A stretch of 52,890 nucleotides of DNA from a virus. Taxonomy: Duplodnaviria; Caudoviricetes. Of the stretch, positions 45,011 to 52,890 are shown one piece after another. Position 1 is the stretch's first letter. Every line of letters begins with the position of its first letter. The translations under genes and the position numbers were made by a program. The stretch lies in IMG/VR virus record IMGVR_UViG_3300043777_000227, positions 1 to 52,890 of that record; one strand, written 5' to 3'. The notes below the pieces were generated by a model. The model saw only the letters and a program-made list of their open reading frames with translations. It had not been told where the DNA came from and searched no databases.

Positions 45011-47530
45011 GTGCGCGATGTAGCAGCCTGCGACGGCTGCCCAATGCAAAGGCTCTTTCCGGACAACGCCTTTGTTGCGCCCGCCATCAACGACGGGACC
45101 CGGCTGGTAATCGCCGAGGCACCTGGCGAGGTTGAGGCTGCTGTAGGGGAGCCGCTAGTTGGCCCTACGGGCGCTTGGCTGCGTGGTCGCTACGACGAAG
45201 TTAAAAAGGAGTGGCGAGGTGGTCTATTTGCCAAAGCCGGTGTTCGAGATGCATCCGTCAGCCGTTGTAATACGATTCAATGTCGGCCGCCTGATAACGT
45301 CTATCCAACTGACCCGGAAGCGCGTAGTTACATTTCCCGCGAGGCTGCGGATGAAGCTGTTGCGCATTGCCAGCGGGCTCACGTTCTACCTCTACTTGAG
45401 AGCCGAGACTGGACTAGGATCGACCTGCTGGGCGACAAAGCGCTGCGAATCGTGGCACAGCAGGATGGTGGAATCCTACGCTGGCGCGGTTCGCCAATAT
45501 CAATCCCAGCTCTTGGAGATAGGATTGTTGCGGTACCCACTGTCCATCCGGCAGCTCTGGCTAGAAATCAATCGCTAATCCCGGTAGTAGTCAGCGATCT
45601 CAAGAAGTCTCTTGTAGTACCCCGAGAGGATTATGTCCCCCGACCGACCATCGAACAAGTCCGAGAGTTTGTTTCCACCAGGTTTGCCACAGACATCGAA
45701 ACCGACATCGCCAGCGGTACTGTGCTGTGCGTCGGGCTTAGCGACCGGGCTGGAAGAGCTATTTGTATCCCTTTTGAGGGAGCCTATCTACAGGAACTTA
45801 AAAGAATTTTCCTCGATGCCGAGGAAATTGTTGGACACAATTGCCTCCAATTTGATTTGCCCCGCCTGCGGGAGCAAGGAGTACGAATCCCGGACTCTGT
45901 ACGGGTTTGGGACACTATGCTACTCCAACATCTGCTGCAACCCGACCTGCCACACGACTTGGGATTTCTTGGAAGTATCTTCACCAACAAGCCAGCCTGG
46001 AAGCATCAGTCTGGGGACGACCTCGAACTCTACTGCTGCAGAGACACCGATGTCACCTGGCAATGCTTCCTCCAGCTGAGACCACTTGCCAAAGCTGAGC
46101 ACCTGCTGGATATCTACGAGAGAATTAGCCGGCCGCTGGCGAGCATTTGTCTCCAGATGCACCAACTTGGAATCCAAGTTGACCCCGGACGGATCAGCAC
46201 CGTTCGAGAAAAGCTAAATGCAGAAGCCATCCAACTCGAAAAGTCGCTCCCGGAAGCTCTTGCTACCAGGACACTGGCGATCAAGCGGCGTCAGCCCGCT
46301 CCTCCAGGAACGCTTGGAAAGTCTGGGAAGCCCGTTAAATTCGTCCTTGTTGACGACACGGAGCTGGAAGTCCCTTGGCGCAGCCCTGAAGTCCTTGGAA
46401 GCTGGCTATATGAGACGCTTGGACTCCCTGAGCAACTAAATCCTAAGTCCCTCCGCCGCACCTCCGACAAGACAGCGCTAGCCAAATTGGAATCTCGGCT
46501 GGCTAAGGGCCGGATGAACTTCTCCACCCGCCGAGAGCGGCTGGACGCCGACCAGATAGCTGGCTGGATACGCGCGCTGCAGAAGCTACGCAAGATTGAC
46601 AAGCTGTTGGCTGCGTTCCTGCAAGGAGAAACTCTAAATGTCGAACGGGTATTCCCACATTATAAAGTACATGGTACTAGCTCTGGGCGGCTTAGTTGCA
46701 GTGAGCCGAATATGCAGCAAATTCCTGAGGCGGCCCGCTACATATATGTGCCTAGCCATCCCACCTGGCGCTTCCTCGAAGTCGATTTCTCGCAGTTGGA
46801 GAACCGTCTCACCGCTTGGTTCGCCAACGACACGGCGCGTTTACTCCGACTCGCTCAGGAGGGCTTCTCGGAGCACCGCTGGCTCGCCAGCGAATTCTTC
46901 CAAATCCCCTACGCCGAGGTAGCCAAGGACAACGACAAGGACGCCCCTTACGGTAAGGCCAAGCGCATTGGCCATGGTACCAATTATGGGATGGGCGCCA
47001 AGAAAATCTCCTTGATGTACGACATGGACCTTGGCGAGGTCAAGAAACTCCTAGATCAATGGAAGGTGTTAAATGCCCCAACAGTTGCCTGGCAGCTCCG
47101 AACCGCAGAGCTGGCCAAGTCGCAAGGATATCTGGTTAATCCTTTCGGGCGTAAGCGCTGGTTCTATACTGATAGTTACTATACTGAGTCTCTCAGTTTT
47201 CTCCCCCAGTCCACTGGTGCCGATATTATGCATCGCAGCGCAATTGGTCTGCTTTACAGCCGCCTTGGGCTTCCTTATGAAATGGTTGCTGAGTACGTAA
47301 AGGTTGTGGACCCTCTACCAGAGCCAGCCCGGCTAGTCCTACAGGTCCATGACTCATTCCTGTTCGAGATGCCTGGTGAGATGCTGGACGAGGTAGCCCA
47401 GGTAGTTTCCCGTGTAATGACTCAACCTTGGTCCGAGCTGGGCGGCATGTCAATTCCTATTGATTTTAAAGCTGGCCAGCCCCGCGATAGCTGGGGAGAA
47501 CTTTTACCTTACAAACTGGAGACAACATGA
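45011..47530 (+). CDS. polA: Family A DNA polymerase with N-terminal family-4 uracil-DNA-glycosylase-like domain and 3'-5' exonuclease
   Basis: UDG: CDGC, AEAPG...GEPLVG, CRPPDN, HPAAL. Exo: TDIET, GHNCLQFD, YCCRD. Pol: SGRLSCSEPNMQQIP, DFSQLE, K...HGTNYG, VHDS. Confidence 0.93.
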   Translation: MRDVAACDGCPMQRLFPDNAFVAPAINDGTRLVIAEAPGEVEAAVGEPLVGPTGAWLRGRYDEVKKEWRGGLFAKAGVRDASVSRCNTIQCRPPDNVYPTDPEARSYISREAADEAVAHCQRAHVLPLLESRDWTRIDLLGDKALRIVAQQDGGILRWRGSPISIPALGDRIVAVPTVHPAALARNQSLIPVVVSDLKKSLVVPREDYVPRPTIEQVREFVSTRFATDIETDIASGTVLCVGLSDRAGRAICIPFEGAYLQELKRIFLDAEEIVGHNCLQFDLPRLREQGVRIPDSVRVWDTMLLQHLLQPDLPHDLGFLGSIFTNKPAWKHQSGDDLELYCCRDTDVTWQCFLQLRPLAKAEHLLDIYERISRPLASICLQMHQLGIQVDPGRISTVREKLNAEAIQLEKSLPEALATRTLAIKRRQPAPPGTLGKSGKPVKFVLVDDTELEVPWRSPEVLGSWLYETLGLPEQLNPKSLRRTSDKTALAKLESRLAKGRMNFSTRRERLDADQIAGWIRALQKLRKIDKLLAAFLQGETLNVERVFPHYKVHGTSSGRLSCSEPNMQQIPEAARYIYVPSHPTWRFLEVDFSQLENRLTAWFANDTARLLRLAQEGFSEHRWLASEFFQIPYAEVAKDNDKDAPYGKAKRIGHGTNYGMGAKKISLMYDMDLGEVKKLLDQWKVLNAPTVAWQLRTAELAKSQGYLVNPFGRKRWFYTDSYYTESLSFLPQSTGADIMHRSAIGLLYSRLGLPYEMVAEYVKVVDPLPEPARLVLQVHDSFLFEMPGEMLDEVAQVVSRVMTQPWSELGGMSIPIDFKAGQPRDSWGELLPYKLETT

Positions 47531-47889
47531 AACTAGCCTTAGCAGCAATAGTACTACTAGCTATACCTCTCGCAGCCCAAGCGCCTACTCCCAAGATTTC
47601 CCAGGAACTCCGGGCGCAGATGGCCACGCTGCAACGTGATCTCAACGCCGATGTGGCCGTCTCAGCCCAAAGGGAACTCCAATACGACAAGGACCAGAAG
47701 GCCACCTCCGACGACTATACCGCCAAATCCAAGCAGTTTGACGAGTTGAAGGCCCAGGCCTACAAGGAAGCTGGCGTTAGCCAGGCGGATTTTTCCTTGG
47801 ACACCAATCAGCTGGTTTTTGTGCCAGTTCCTAAGCCGGCTGCTAAACCTGCCGCTGCCCCCCTCCCACCCACAGCGGGTGCTAAGTAG
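47527..47889 (+). CDS. Secreted coiled-coil hypothetical protein
   Basis: Signal peptide MKLALAAIVLLAIPLAAQ; Pro/Ala-rich tail. Confidence 0.7.
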   Translation: MKLALAAIVLLAIPLAAQAPTPKISQELRAQMATLQRDLNADVAVSAQRELQYDKDQKATSDDYTAKSKQFDELKAQAYKEAGVSQADFSLDTNQLVFVPVPKPAAKPAAAPLPPTAGAK

Positions 47890-47939
47890 GCTAGCTGTAC
47901 ACCTCGCTTTAAATCCCTCAGGAGACCAAGCCCAAAACT

Positions 47940-48245
47940 ATGACCGACGACCAAATCATCCCCATGTCCCACTACCAGCTGCGCACCACTGGCGAGCCCG
48001 TCTTTGTAGTCCAGCGGCCGATGGGTGCAGCGCAATGGCAGTGCATCCGACCAATCCAGTCCCAAGCCACTGGCCTTAGTCATGTAGAGTATATGGCTTT
48101 CGCCGAGGAATTGGAATTGCCGGAGACGGCCATACGACGGGAGATTGACCAGATAATCTTCCGTGAGAAGTACGCCCTCCAGTCCCAGTCCGCCCTACAA
48201 GAAGCCTCCAAAGCGCCAGGACCCCAGCTCGTCAAGCCCAACTAA
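47940..48245 (+). CDS. Hypothetical protein
   Basis: 101 aa, AGGAG upstream. Confidence 0.65.
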   Translation: MTDDQIIPMSHYQLRTTGEPVFVVQRPMGAAQWQCIRPIQSQATGLSHVEYMAFAEELELPETAIRREIDQIIFREKYALQSQSALQEASKAPGPQLVKPN

Positions 48246-48253
48246 GGAGCCGT

Positions 48254-49108
48254 ATGGCCGAACTGCTCTACGACTTTTTGGCGAAGCCTATCCCGATAGT
48301 GCCTCAGTTGATTGGCCGGGGCATCCTTCCTAAGCAGGGTCGTTTGGTGCTGGGTGGTGAGCCTAAATCCAACAAGTCCTGGATAGCGCTGGAGTTAGCC
48401 TTGGCTATGGCCCAAGGCCGTGCAGCTTTCTCAGCGGTCTACAAGTCGGGCACACCCGTCCTGCCAGTCACCGGGAAATATCGTATTCTCTACATCGAGC
48501 AGGAGATTGGCGAGACCGAACTCCAGAAGCGCCTAACCAGCTTGATGACTGGGCAAGACGCCTTGGGAATTGATTTCTATGTAAAATCCAAGGACCTGGA
48601 GATGCGGCTCGACACTCCCGAGGGGCACCTGGCCATAGCGCGAGAGGTCGAGCAGGTCAAGCCAGACTGCTTAATCCTGGACCCCTTGGCTAAGTTTCAC
48701 TTATCAGGCGAGAATTCCTCGCAGGAGATGGGAGCGGTACTCCGTGTCGGACAACACCTTACCCAAGACTACAACTCGGCGCTTATTTACGTGCATCACA
48801 CGTCTAAGCCGAATCCCGAGAATCCCCGTAGGGGAGGGGATCGCCTTCGGGGTTCTAGTGCTATCTTTGCTGACGTGGATACTTGTGTTATTGTTGAGCG
48901 AAAGAGTTCTGAAAGCAATCTGGAACCTGTCATTGAACTAGACATCGAGATGCGCTGCGGGGAGCCGCTGCCCAAGCTATATGTACAGCGATTGCGCTCC
49001 GGGCAAGTGGTTTACCTGGGCGAGGATTACCGCTGGCAAGGCGACAGAGTTGGTATGACCGGGGAATCTGGCCGGCGGAGTAGAGTCTATGATCCTACAA
49101 GGAGATGA
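48254..49108 (+). CDS. RepA/AAA_25-type SF4 replicative helicase
   Basis: GGEPKSNKS (Walker A variant), LYIEQE, LILDPL, ENS, VHHTSK, RGSSAI. Confidence 0.85.
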   Translation: MAELLYDFLAKPIPIVPQLIGRGILPKQGRLVLGGEPKSNKSWIALELALAMAQGRAAFSAVYKSGTPVLPVTGKYRILYIEQEIGETELQKRLTSLMTGQDALGIDFYVKSKDLEMRLDTPEGHLAIAREVEQVKPDCLILDPLAKFHLSGENSSQEMGAVLRVGQHLTQDYNSALIYVHHTSKPNPENPRRGGDRLRGSSAIFADVDTCVIVERKSSESNLEPVIELDIEMRCGEPLPKLYVQRLRSGQVVYLGEDYRWQGDRVGMTGESGRRSRVYDPTRR

Positions 49109-49518
49109 AATTGGCTACTAAAAAGAAAGTTGACGAATTGGCTAAGACCCTTAGCAAGGCTAAGGACGCTGTTACCTGGACACAGGTTAGAGCCATCGCT
49201 TTGGTGTTGGTTATGGCTCTCATATTGGGAGCTGTAGCTTATGCGATTGAGGACAATGGCTACGACGCCGGTAAACACGAAGGTCATTCCCTCGGTTATG
49301 AGGAGGGCGGCAGGGCGATGGCTAGTGCTTGGCAGGACTATAGCCAACATGAAGAACGCCGATATGCTGCAGAAATAACCGACCTGCAAGAGCAGCTAGA
49401 CGCCGCCAAGCGTGCCTGCAAGAAGACCTGCCCAACGGTGCCTGCTGGAATGTATTTTACAGTCCCGACCGTTAACGGAGCGTTTATTGGAACTAATGGC
49501 GCAACGACAACTCACTAA
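49105..49518 (+). CDS. Membrane-anchored protein with GYxxG repeats and coiled coil
   Basis: A TM helix followed by GYDAGKHEG...GYEEG. Confidence 0.6.
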   Translation: MKLATKKKVDELAKTLSKAKDAVTWTQVRAIALVLVMALILGAVAYAIEDNGYDAGKHEGHSLGYEEGGRAMASAWQDYSQHEERRYAAEITDLQEQLDAAKRACKKTCPTVPAGMYFTVPTVNGAFIGTNGATTTH

Positions 49519-49882
49519 GCGCCAGTTAGCTATCTTGCGGCGCCGGGTCTACTCCGCCAACTACCGGGCTCGGCGTCAATACGAGCGGACTGAGGAACTG
49601 GACCTGGAGGAAATCCTTGCCCTCTTCGCCATAGCGCCTCACTGCTATTACTGCTCACGCAAGCTAACCCCCTCGACGCTCAGCTTGGACCATAAGGTAC
49701 CGCTGGGTACTGGCGGCTCCAACTCGATCTCTAATATAGTACTGAGTTGCCGCCGAGATAACCGCTACAAGTCCGCGCTGCCCGCTGAGCGGTATCAAGC
49801 GTTCCTAGCTCACCTCCAAGCGGGCGGATTTCTGGAACTCTTCTTTAGCCAGTATAGACCCCACGCCTTCCGGAGACGGTAA
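49496..49882 (+). CDS. HNH endonuclease
   Basis: CYYC...[22 protein letters not shown]. Confidence 0.85.
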   Translation: MAQRQLTKRQLAILRRRVYSANYRARRQYERTEELDLEEILALFAIAPHCYYCSRKLTPSTLSLDHKVPLGTGGSNSISNIVLSCRRDNRYKSALPAERYQAFLAHLQAGGFLELFFSQYRPHAFRRR

Positions 49883-50313
49883 TGCCCCCTAACTCTTTTC
49901 AATACATTCCCGGCTCAGCTTGTTGGCTATGGCCTGGATGGAAAAACGATTCAGGCTATGGGTTACTTACACGCAATGGGAAAGATATTTTGGCCCATCG
50001 AATGTCCTACGAGACGTTCCGTGGGATAATCCCGGAGGGGATTTGTGTTTGTCATCACTGTGATGTTCCTTCTTGTATAAATCCTGCCCACTTGTTTTTA
50101 GGTACTCCCGCTGAAAATAACGCTGACCGAGCTGCTAAAAGCCGTAATGGTCAGCGCCCCACCCCAACGCATTGCAGGCATGGTCATCCTTACGATGACT
50201 ACAACCGCTGCTACCGTAAGCGACCTAACGGAAAACTTTGGGGATTGTTCTGCCGCACTTGCAATCTGGAGCGAGTTCGCCGCTACTACAAAGCAAAGCG
50301 AGGTGTAAGTTGA
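49882..50313 (+). CDS. HNH_3 homing endonuclease
   Basis: CWLW.G...GYG...AHRMSY...[19 protein letters not shown] plus THCRHGH. Confidence 0.9.
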   Translation: MPPNSFQYIPGSACWLWPGWKNDSGYGLLTRNGKDILAHRMSYETFRGIIPEGICVCHHCDVPSCINPAHLFLGTPAENNADRAAKSRNGQRPTPTHCRHGHPYDDYNRCYRKRPNGKLWGLFCRTCNLERVRRYYKAKRGVS

Positions 50314-51002
50314 ACAAACCAAAGATACTTAGTTTCGACCTAGAAAGCGCGGGAGTCAATGCATTGAAGTCTGACTTGGGCTTTGTAATTTGCTTCGGCT
50401 ATAAATGGGCGCACGAAAAGCAAGCCCATGCCATAACCATCTCCCGCTCAGCGCTAATGGCCTTCGATGACTCGGCGCTTCTCAAGGAGGCTAGCAAGTT
50501 GATGTCCGAAGCTGATTTGCTGGTTGGCCACTATGCGTCGGTGTTTGACCGGCGCTTTATCCAGGGACGATTGCTAATCAACGGGTTGCCGCCTATCCCT
50601 CCCACGAAGATGCGCGACACCTGCATGATTGCCCGCTCGGTAGCCAATTTCTCCTCCAATCGGCTGAAGCATCTAGCCAAGATACTCGATCTCCGGCACC
50701 AAAAACTGGAGAACAATTGGCCGGATGCCTGGTTCGAAGTGATGCGCGGCAATATGACCAGCTTGCACGACCTGGCTGAGTACTGCAAGGGTGACGTGCT
50801 GGCCGTTGAGGAACTCTACCATCGGCTCTGCCCCTTTGATAACGCGCACCCTCGCATGGTCGCTGATAGGTCGCTGTGCAAAACCTGTGGCGGCAAGGTA
50901 GAGTACCGGGGCTTCGCCTATGTGAACGAATCCAAGTACCGCAAGTATGTCTGCAAGAGCTGCTCCAAATGGGGCAGAGAGACCAACGCGGTGAAAGCAT
51001 GA
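50310..51002 (+). CDS. DEDD / RNase H-like exonuclease (YprB-like) with C-terminal Zn ribbon
   Basis: [20 protein letters not shown]; CKTCGG...CKSC; TTG start at 50310. Confidence 0.8.
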   Translation: MNKPKILSFDLESAGVNALKSDLGFVICFGYKWAHEKQAHAITISRSALMAFDDSALLKEASKLMSEADLLVGHYASVFDRRFIQGRLLINGLPPIPPTKMRDTCMIARSVANFSSNRLKHLAKILDLRHQKLENNWPDAWFEVMRGNMTSLHDLAEYCKGDVLAVEELYHRLCPFDNAHPRMVADRSLCKTCGGKVEYRGFAYVNESKYRKYVCKSCSKWGRETNAVKA

Positions 51003-51184
51003 CCACCTTAACGCTCACCTTCCAGGTGCCAGACGAGTACTCTGAGTTGGAGCTGGAGTATTACATCCGGGAATACTTCACGGTTTCTGGGCTCTCGCTC
51101 GCTTTGGGTGCGCACAAACGCAGTATCACGCTCCCATTCCTGGGGTATACTTATATCCTTAACGCTGAGCCACCCGAGGCCTAA
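50999..51184 (+). CDS. Small hypothetical protein
   Basis: ATGA coupling. Confidence 0.45.
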   Translation: MTTLTLTFQVPDEYSELELEYYIREYFTVSGLSLALGAHKRSITLPFLGYTYILNAEPPEA

Positions 51185-51186
51185 CC

Positions 51187-51705
51187 ATGTCACACGCTTG
51201 TATAGACACCTTCCTGGGCGTGCACTTCGACCTGCTGGAGCCACGCCCGAAGGACATCCACATCGAGGACATAGCCCATGCGCTCAGTAACCTCTCGCGC
51301 TTCACCGGGCACTGCCGGCGCTTTTACTCCGTGGCTGAGCATAGCCTTAACGTGGCTAGCTATCTACCTGATCGTTGGAAGCTGTCTGGATTACTTCACG
51401 ACGCGGCAGAAGCGTATATAGGCGATATGACCCGAGCGCTCAAGCACCACACCCTTTGTGGGCAGTACTTTCGGGAGGTGGAGTGGCCCATCGAGCAGGC
51501 TATCCAGGAGCGTTTTCAACTGCCGGAGCCAGACCACGAACTAATTAAGGCTGCGGACAACGCCGTCCTGAAGGTTGAGCAAGAGCAACTCATGCACAAC
51601 TCCGCTTGGCCACACCAGCGGCACTCTGCAATGATTCGATGCTTGCCGCCACCCGAAGCTGAGCAGGCCTTCCTGAAGGAGTTCTATGCTCGACAAGCTA
51701 CATGA
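51187..51705 (+). CDS. HD-domain phosphohydrolase (YfbR/YfdR-like 5'-deoxynucleotidase)
   Basis: IEDIAHALS...RFTGH...YSVAEHS...LLHDAAEAYIGD...KAAD. Confidence 0.88.
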   Translation: MSHACIDTFLGVHFDLLEPRPKDIHIEDIAHALSNLSRFTGHCRRFYSVAEHSLNVASYLPDRWKLSGLLHDAAEAYIGDMTRALKHHTLCGQYFREVEWPIEQAIQERFQLPEPDHELIKAADNAVLKVEQEQLMHNSAWPHQRHSAMIRCLPPPEAEQAFLKEFYARQAT

Positions 51706-51791
51706 GCTAGAGGACAAGTACCTGCTATTGCTCAAGGAGCTGGGCAAGTTCCGCTATGCGCTATCTGGGCTGATCTACCAGGAGGAGTGCC

Positions 51792-52034
51792 GTGTTAGTG
51801 ATCTTAGGCGTGCTGGACTTGATACTGCTAGTCTATCTGTGCCTGGTGGACAGGAAGCTCCTGCTTGTGGAGCAGCAATCGCTGGAAGTCGAAAAGGCAA
51901 ACCTCTCCCTCTATAGGGAGTACTTCAATGCACGACTAGCTTGGTACCAGGCTAGAGCCAATAAAAAAGCCGCTGAGGTTCCAGCGGCTGGTCCAGCACA
52001 AATTGTAGAAGCTCCTAGGGCCGGCGAGGAATAA
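51792..52034 (+). CDS. Small membrane protein, last gene of the plus arm
   Basis: N-terminal TM segment, GGAGG RBS. Confidence 0.55.
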   Translation: MLVILGVLDLILLVYLCLVDRKLLLVEQQSLEVEKANLSLYREYFNARLAWYQARANKKAAEVPAAGPAQIVEAPRAGEE

Positions 52035-52344
52035 CCACTGGGTTATCCAACTCCATACCCAGTTCATTGATTAGGTAGTTGAAGAAGCTACTCAGCACGC
52101 CCAGGTCGGTTCGGACTGTCGCAAACGCCGCCCCCTCTGCCAGCCGATCTGCCAGATAGTCGTTGACATCCGTAACGTGCACTTGGCTGGGTTTGGACTT
52201 CCTGGGCCAGCGCCGCCACATAAATTGCAGCCGGTGTGAATAGACCTGGGCAGCTTTGGAGGTCATATTGCGAATACAATTAGCTTCCCATCGGCCAATT
52301 ATTGGTGCCAGGTCTTTTGGCCAGTTGAATTTTTCTGCGTTCAT
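52015..52344 (-). CDS. Stand-alone tyrosine-recombinase core-binding (integrase SAM-like) domain protein
   Basis: Y...L..........VTDVNDYL..R....A.ATVRTDLGVLSSFFNYL......DNPV pattern; stops before any catalytic domain. Confidence 0.7.
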   Translation of the reverse strand: MNAEKFNWPKDLAPIIGRWEANCIRNMTSKAAQVYSHRLQFMWRRWPRKSKPSQVHVTDVNDYLADRLAEGAAFATVRTDLGVLSSFFNYLINELGMELDNPVVIPRRP

Positions 52345-52890
52345 TTAAAGCCCTCGGAAAGCGCGTGTTCGTATTCAGCCCTCTGCTTGTCCGGCATCGC
52401 GGACGAGTCGAGGGCTTTTTGTTTTTCCAGGATCACATCCTGCAAGGCATCCTTCTCGCTAGGGGAGGCCTTCTTCCAGACCTCAGCTAGCTCCGGCAGG
52501 GTTAACTTCTTGCCCCAGCGCTGAATCTCTGGATCGCCAGCCTGATCTATAATCTTGTTAACCTGTTCCAGGCTAACCTCGCCTTTGTTGATGGCGTCAT
52601 CGGCTATGGCGTCGGCGCTAGGCGACTGACGTGCATAGGCGTCTTCTATGTCGCGCAAGGCTCGGTTGCCAGTGCCCCTAGCAGCAGCCGGCTCCCTCTG
52701 GAAATATAGCTGGCGAGCTTCAGTTAGGCCAGGAGTCCTATAGATATTAGATTGGACACCGATCATTTGTAGAGCAGCATCTAGAATACCTGAGTGGTCT
52801 TGGCTGAGGTACTTCTGCGCGGGGATTGGCAAAACTTGCTTCGCCAGGTCCACTGCCTGATCGCCTAGCCCGACCCTCCTACCCAGCTCA
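52341..52890 (-). CDS. C-terminus of a larger helical protein (possibly an internal virion/ejection protein), 5' truncated
   Basis: The frame stays open to the window edge (ELGRRVGLGDQAVDLAKQ...). Position at the end of the late arm suggests a large virion protein. Confidence 0.55.
   Translation of the reverse strand, partial: ELGRRVGLGDQAVDLAKQVLPIPAQKYLSQDHSGILDAALQMIGVQSNIYRTPGLTEARQLYFQREPAAARGTGNRALRDIEDAYARQSPSADAIADDAINKGEVSLEQVNKIIDQAGDPEIQRWGKKLTLPELAEVWKKASPSEKDALQDVILEKQKALDSSAMPDKQRAEYEHALSEGFK

Larger units (their letters stand above)
1..52890. mobile_element. Partial genome of a tailed dsDNA bacteriophage (podovirus-like gene content)
   Basis: Terminase, portal, scaffold, capsid, endolysin, fibres, PolA and helicase lie in two divergent, densely packed arms. 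No host housekeeping genes and no tape measure or sheath gene were recognised in the window. Confidence 0.95.

Noticed and set aside
51187-51705. DatZ of a 2-aminoadenine (Z-genome) pathway
   Set aside because: No PurZ/adenylosuccinate-synthetase-like gene is recognisable in the window, and YfdR-like HD proteins are common in ordinary phages.
1-52890. Amber (TAG) stop-codon reassignment, suggested by frequent TAG/CTAG
   Set aside because: Conserved proteins (TerL, portal, MCP, PolA, ligases) are full length in the standard code, TAG stops are followed by new RBS/starts, and no suppressor tRNA was seen.
1-52890. Window as a complete circularly permuted genome
   Set aside because: The ORFs at the two edges are unrelated in composition and do not join in frame, and tail tube/internal virion genes appear to be missing.

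Overview
The whole window is a large fragment of a dsDNA tailed-phage genome with a podovirus-like gene set. Both ends cut through minus-strand genes, so the genome is incomplete. The minus-strand arm (1-22303, plus 52015-52890) carries the late genes: candidate small terminase, large terminase, portal, scaffold, N4-gp56-type major capsid protein, a GH108 endolysin and tail fibre/tailspike-like proteins. It also carries a GT2 glycosyltransferase, a histidine phosphatase and an HNH. An AT-richer divergent control region (22304-22850) is followed by the plus-strand arm. That arm starts with many small early ORFs. Next is a phiEco32-like peptide-ligase cluster: three COOH-NH2 ligases, a class II glutamine amidotransferase, an ATP-grasp ligase, a GNAT and an ECF-type sigma factor. 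It ends with a replication/recombination module: PD-(D/E)XK nuclease, Sak4-like ATPase, SSB, UDG-fused family A polymerase, RepA-type helicase, HNHs, DEDD exonuclease and HD hydrolase. The most striking unexplained signal is two large, heavily base-paired non-coding segments (about 32368-32714 and 33103-33498) with UNCG/GNRA tetraloops that flank the GNAT gene inside the ligase cluster. The first has a mutually exclusive Shine-Dalgarno-sequestering hairpin, as in a riboswitch. Other notable points: Sec-type signal peptides on three fibre-like proteins, apparent CTAG over-representation, an unusual polymerase motif B, and a stand-alone integrase core-binding domain. All calls come from motif reading and manual base-pairing; no searches or folding programs were run.
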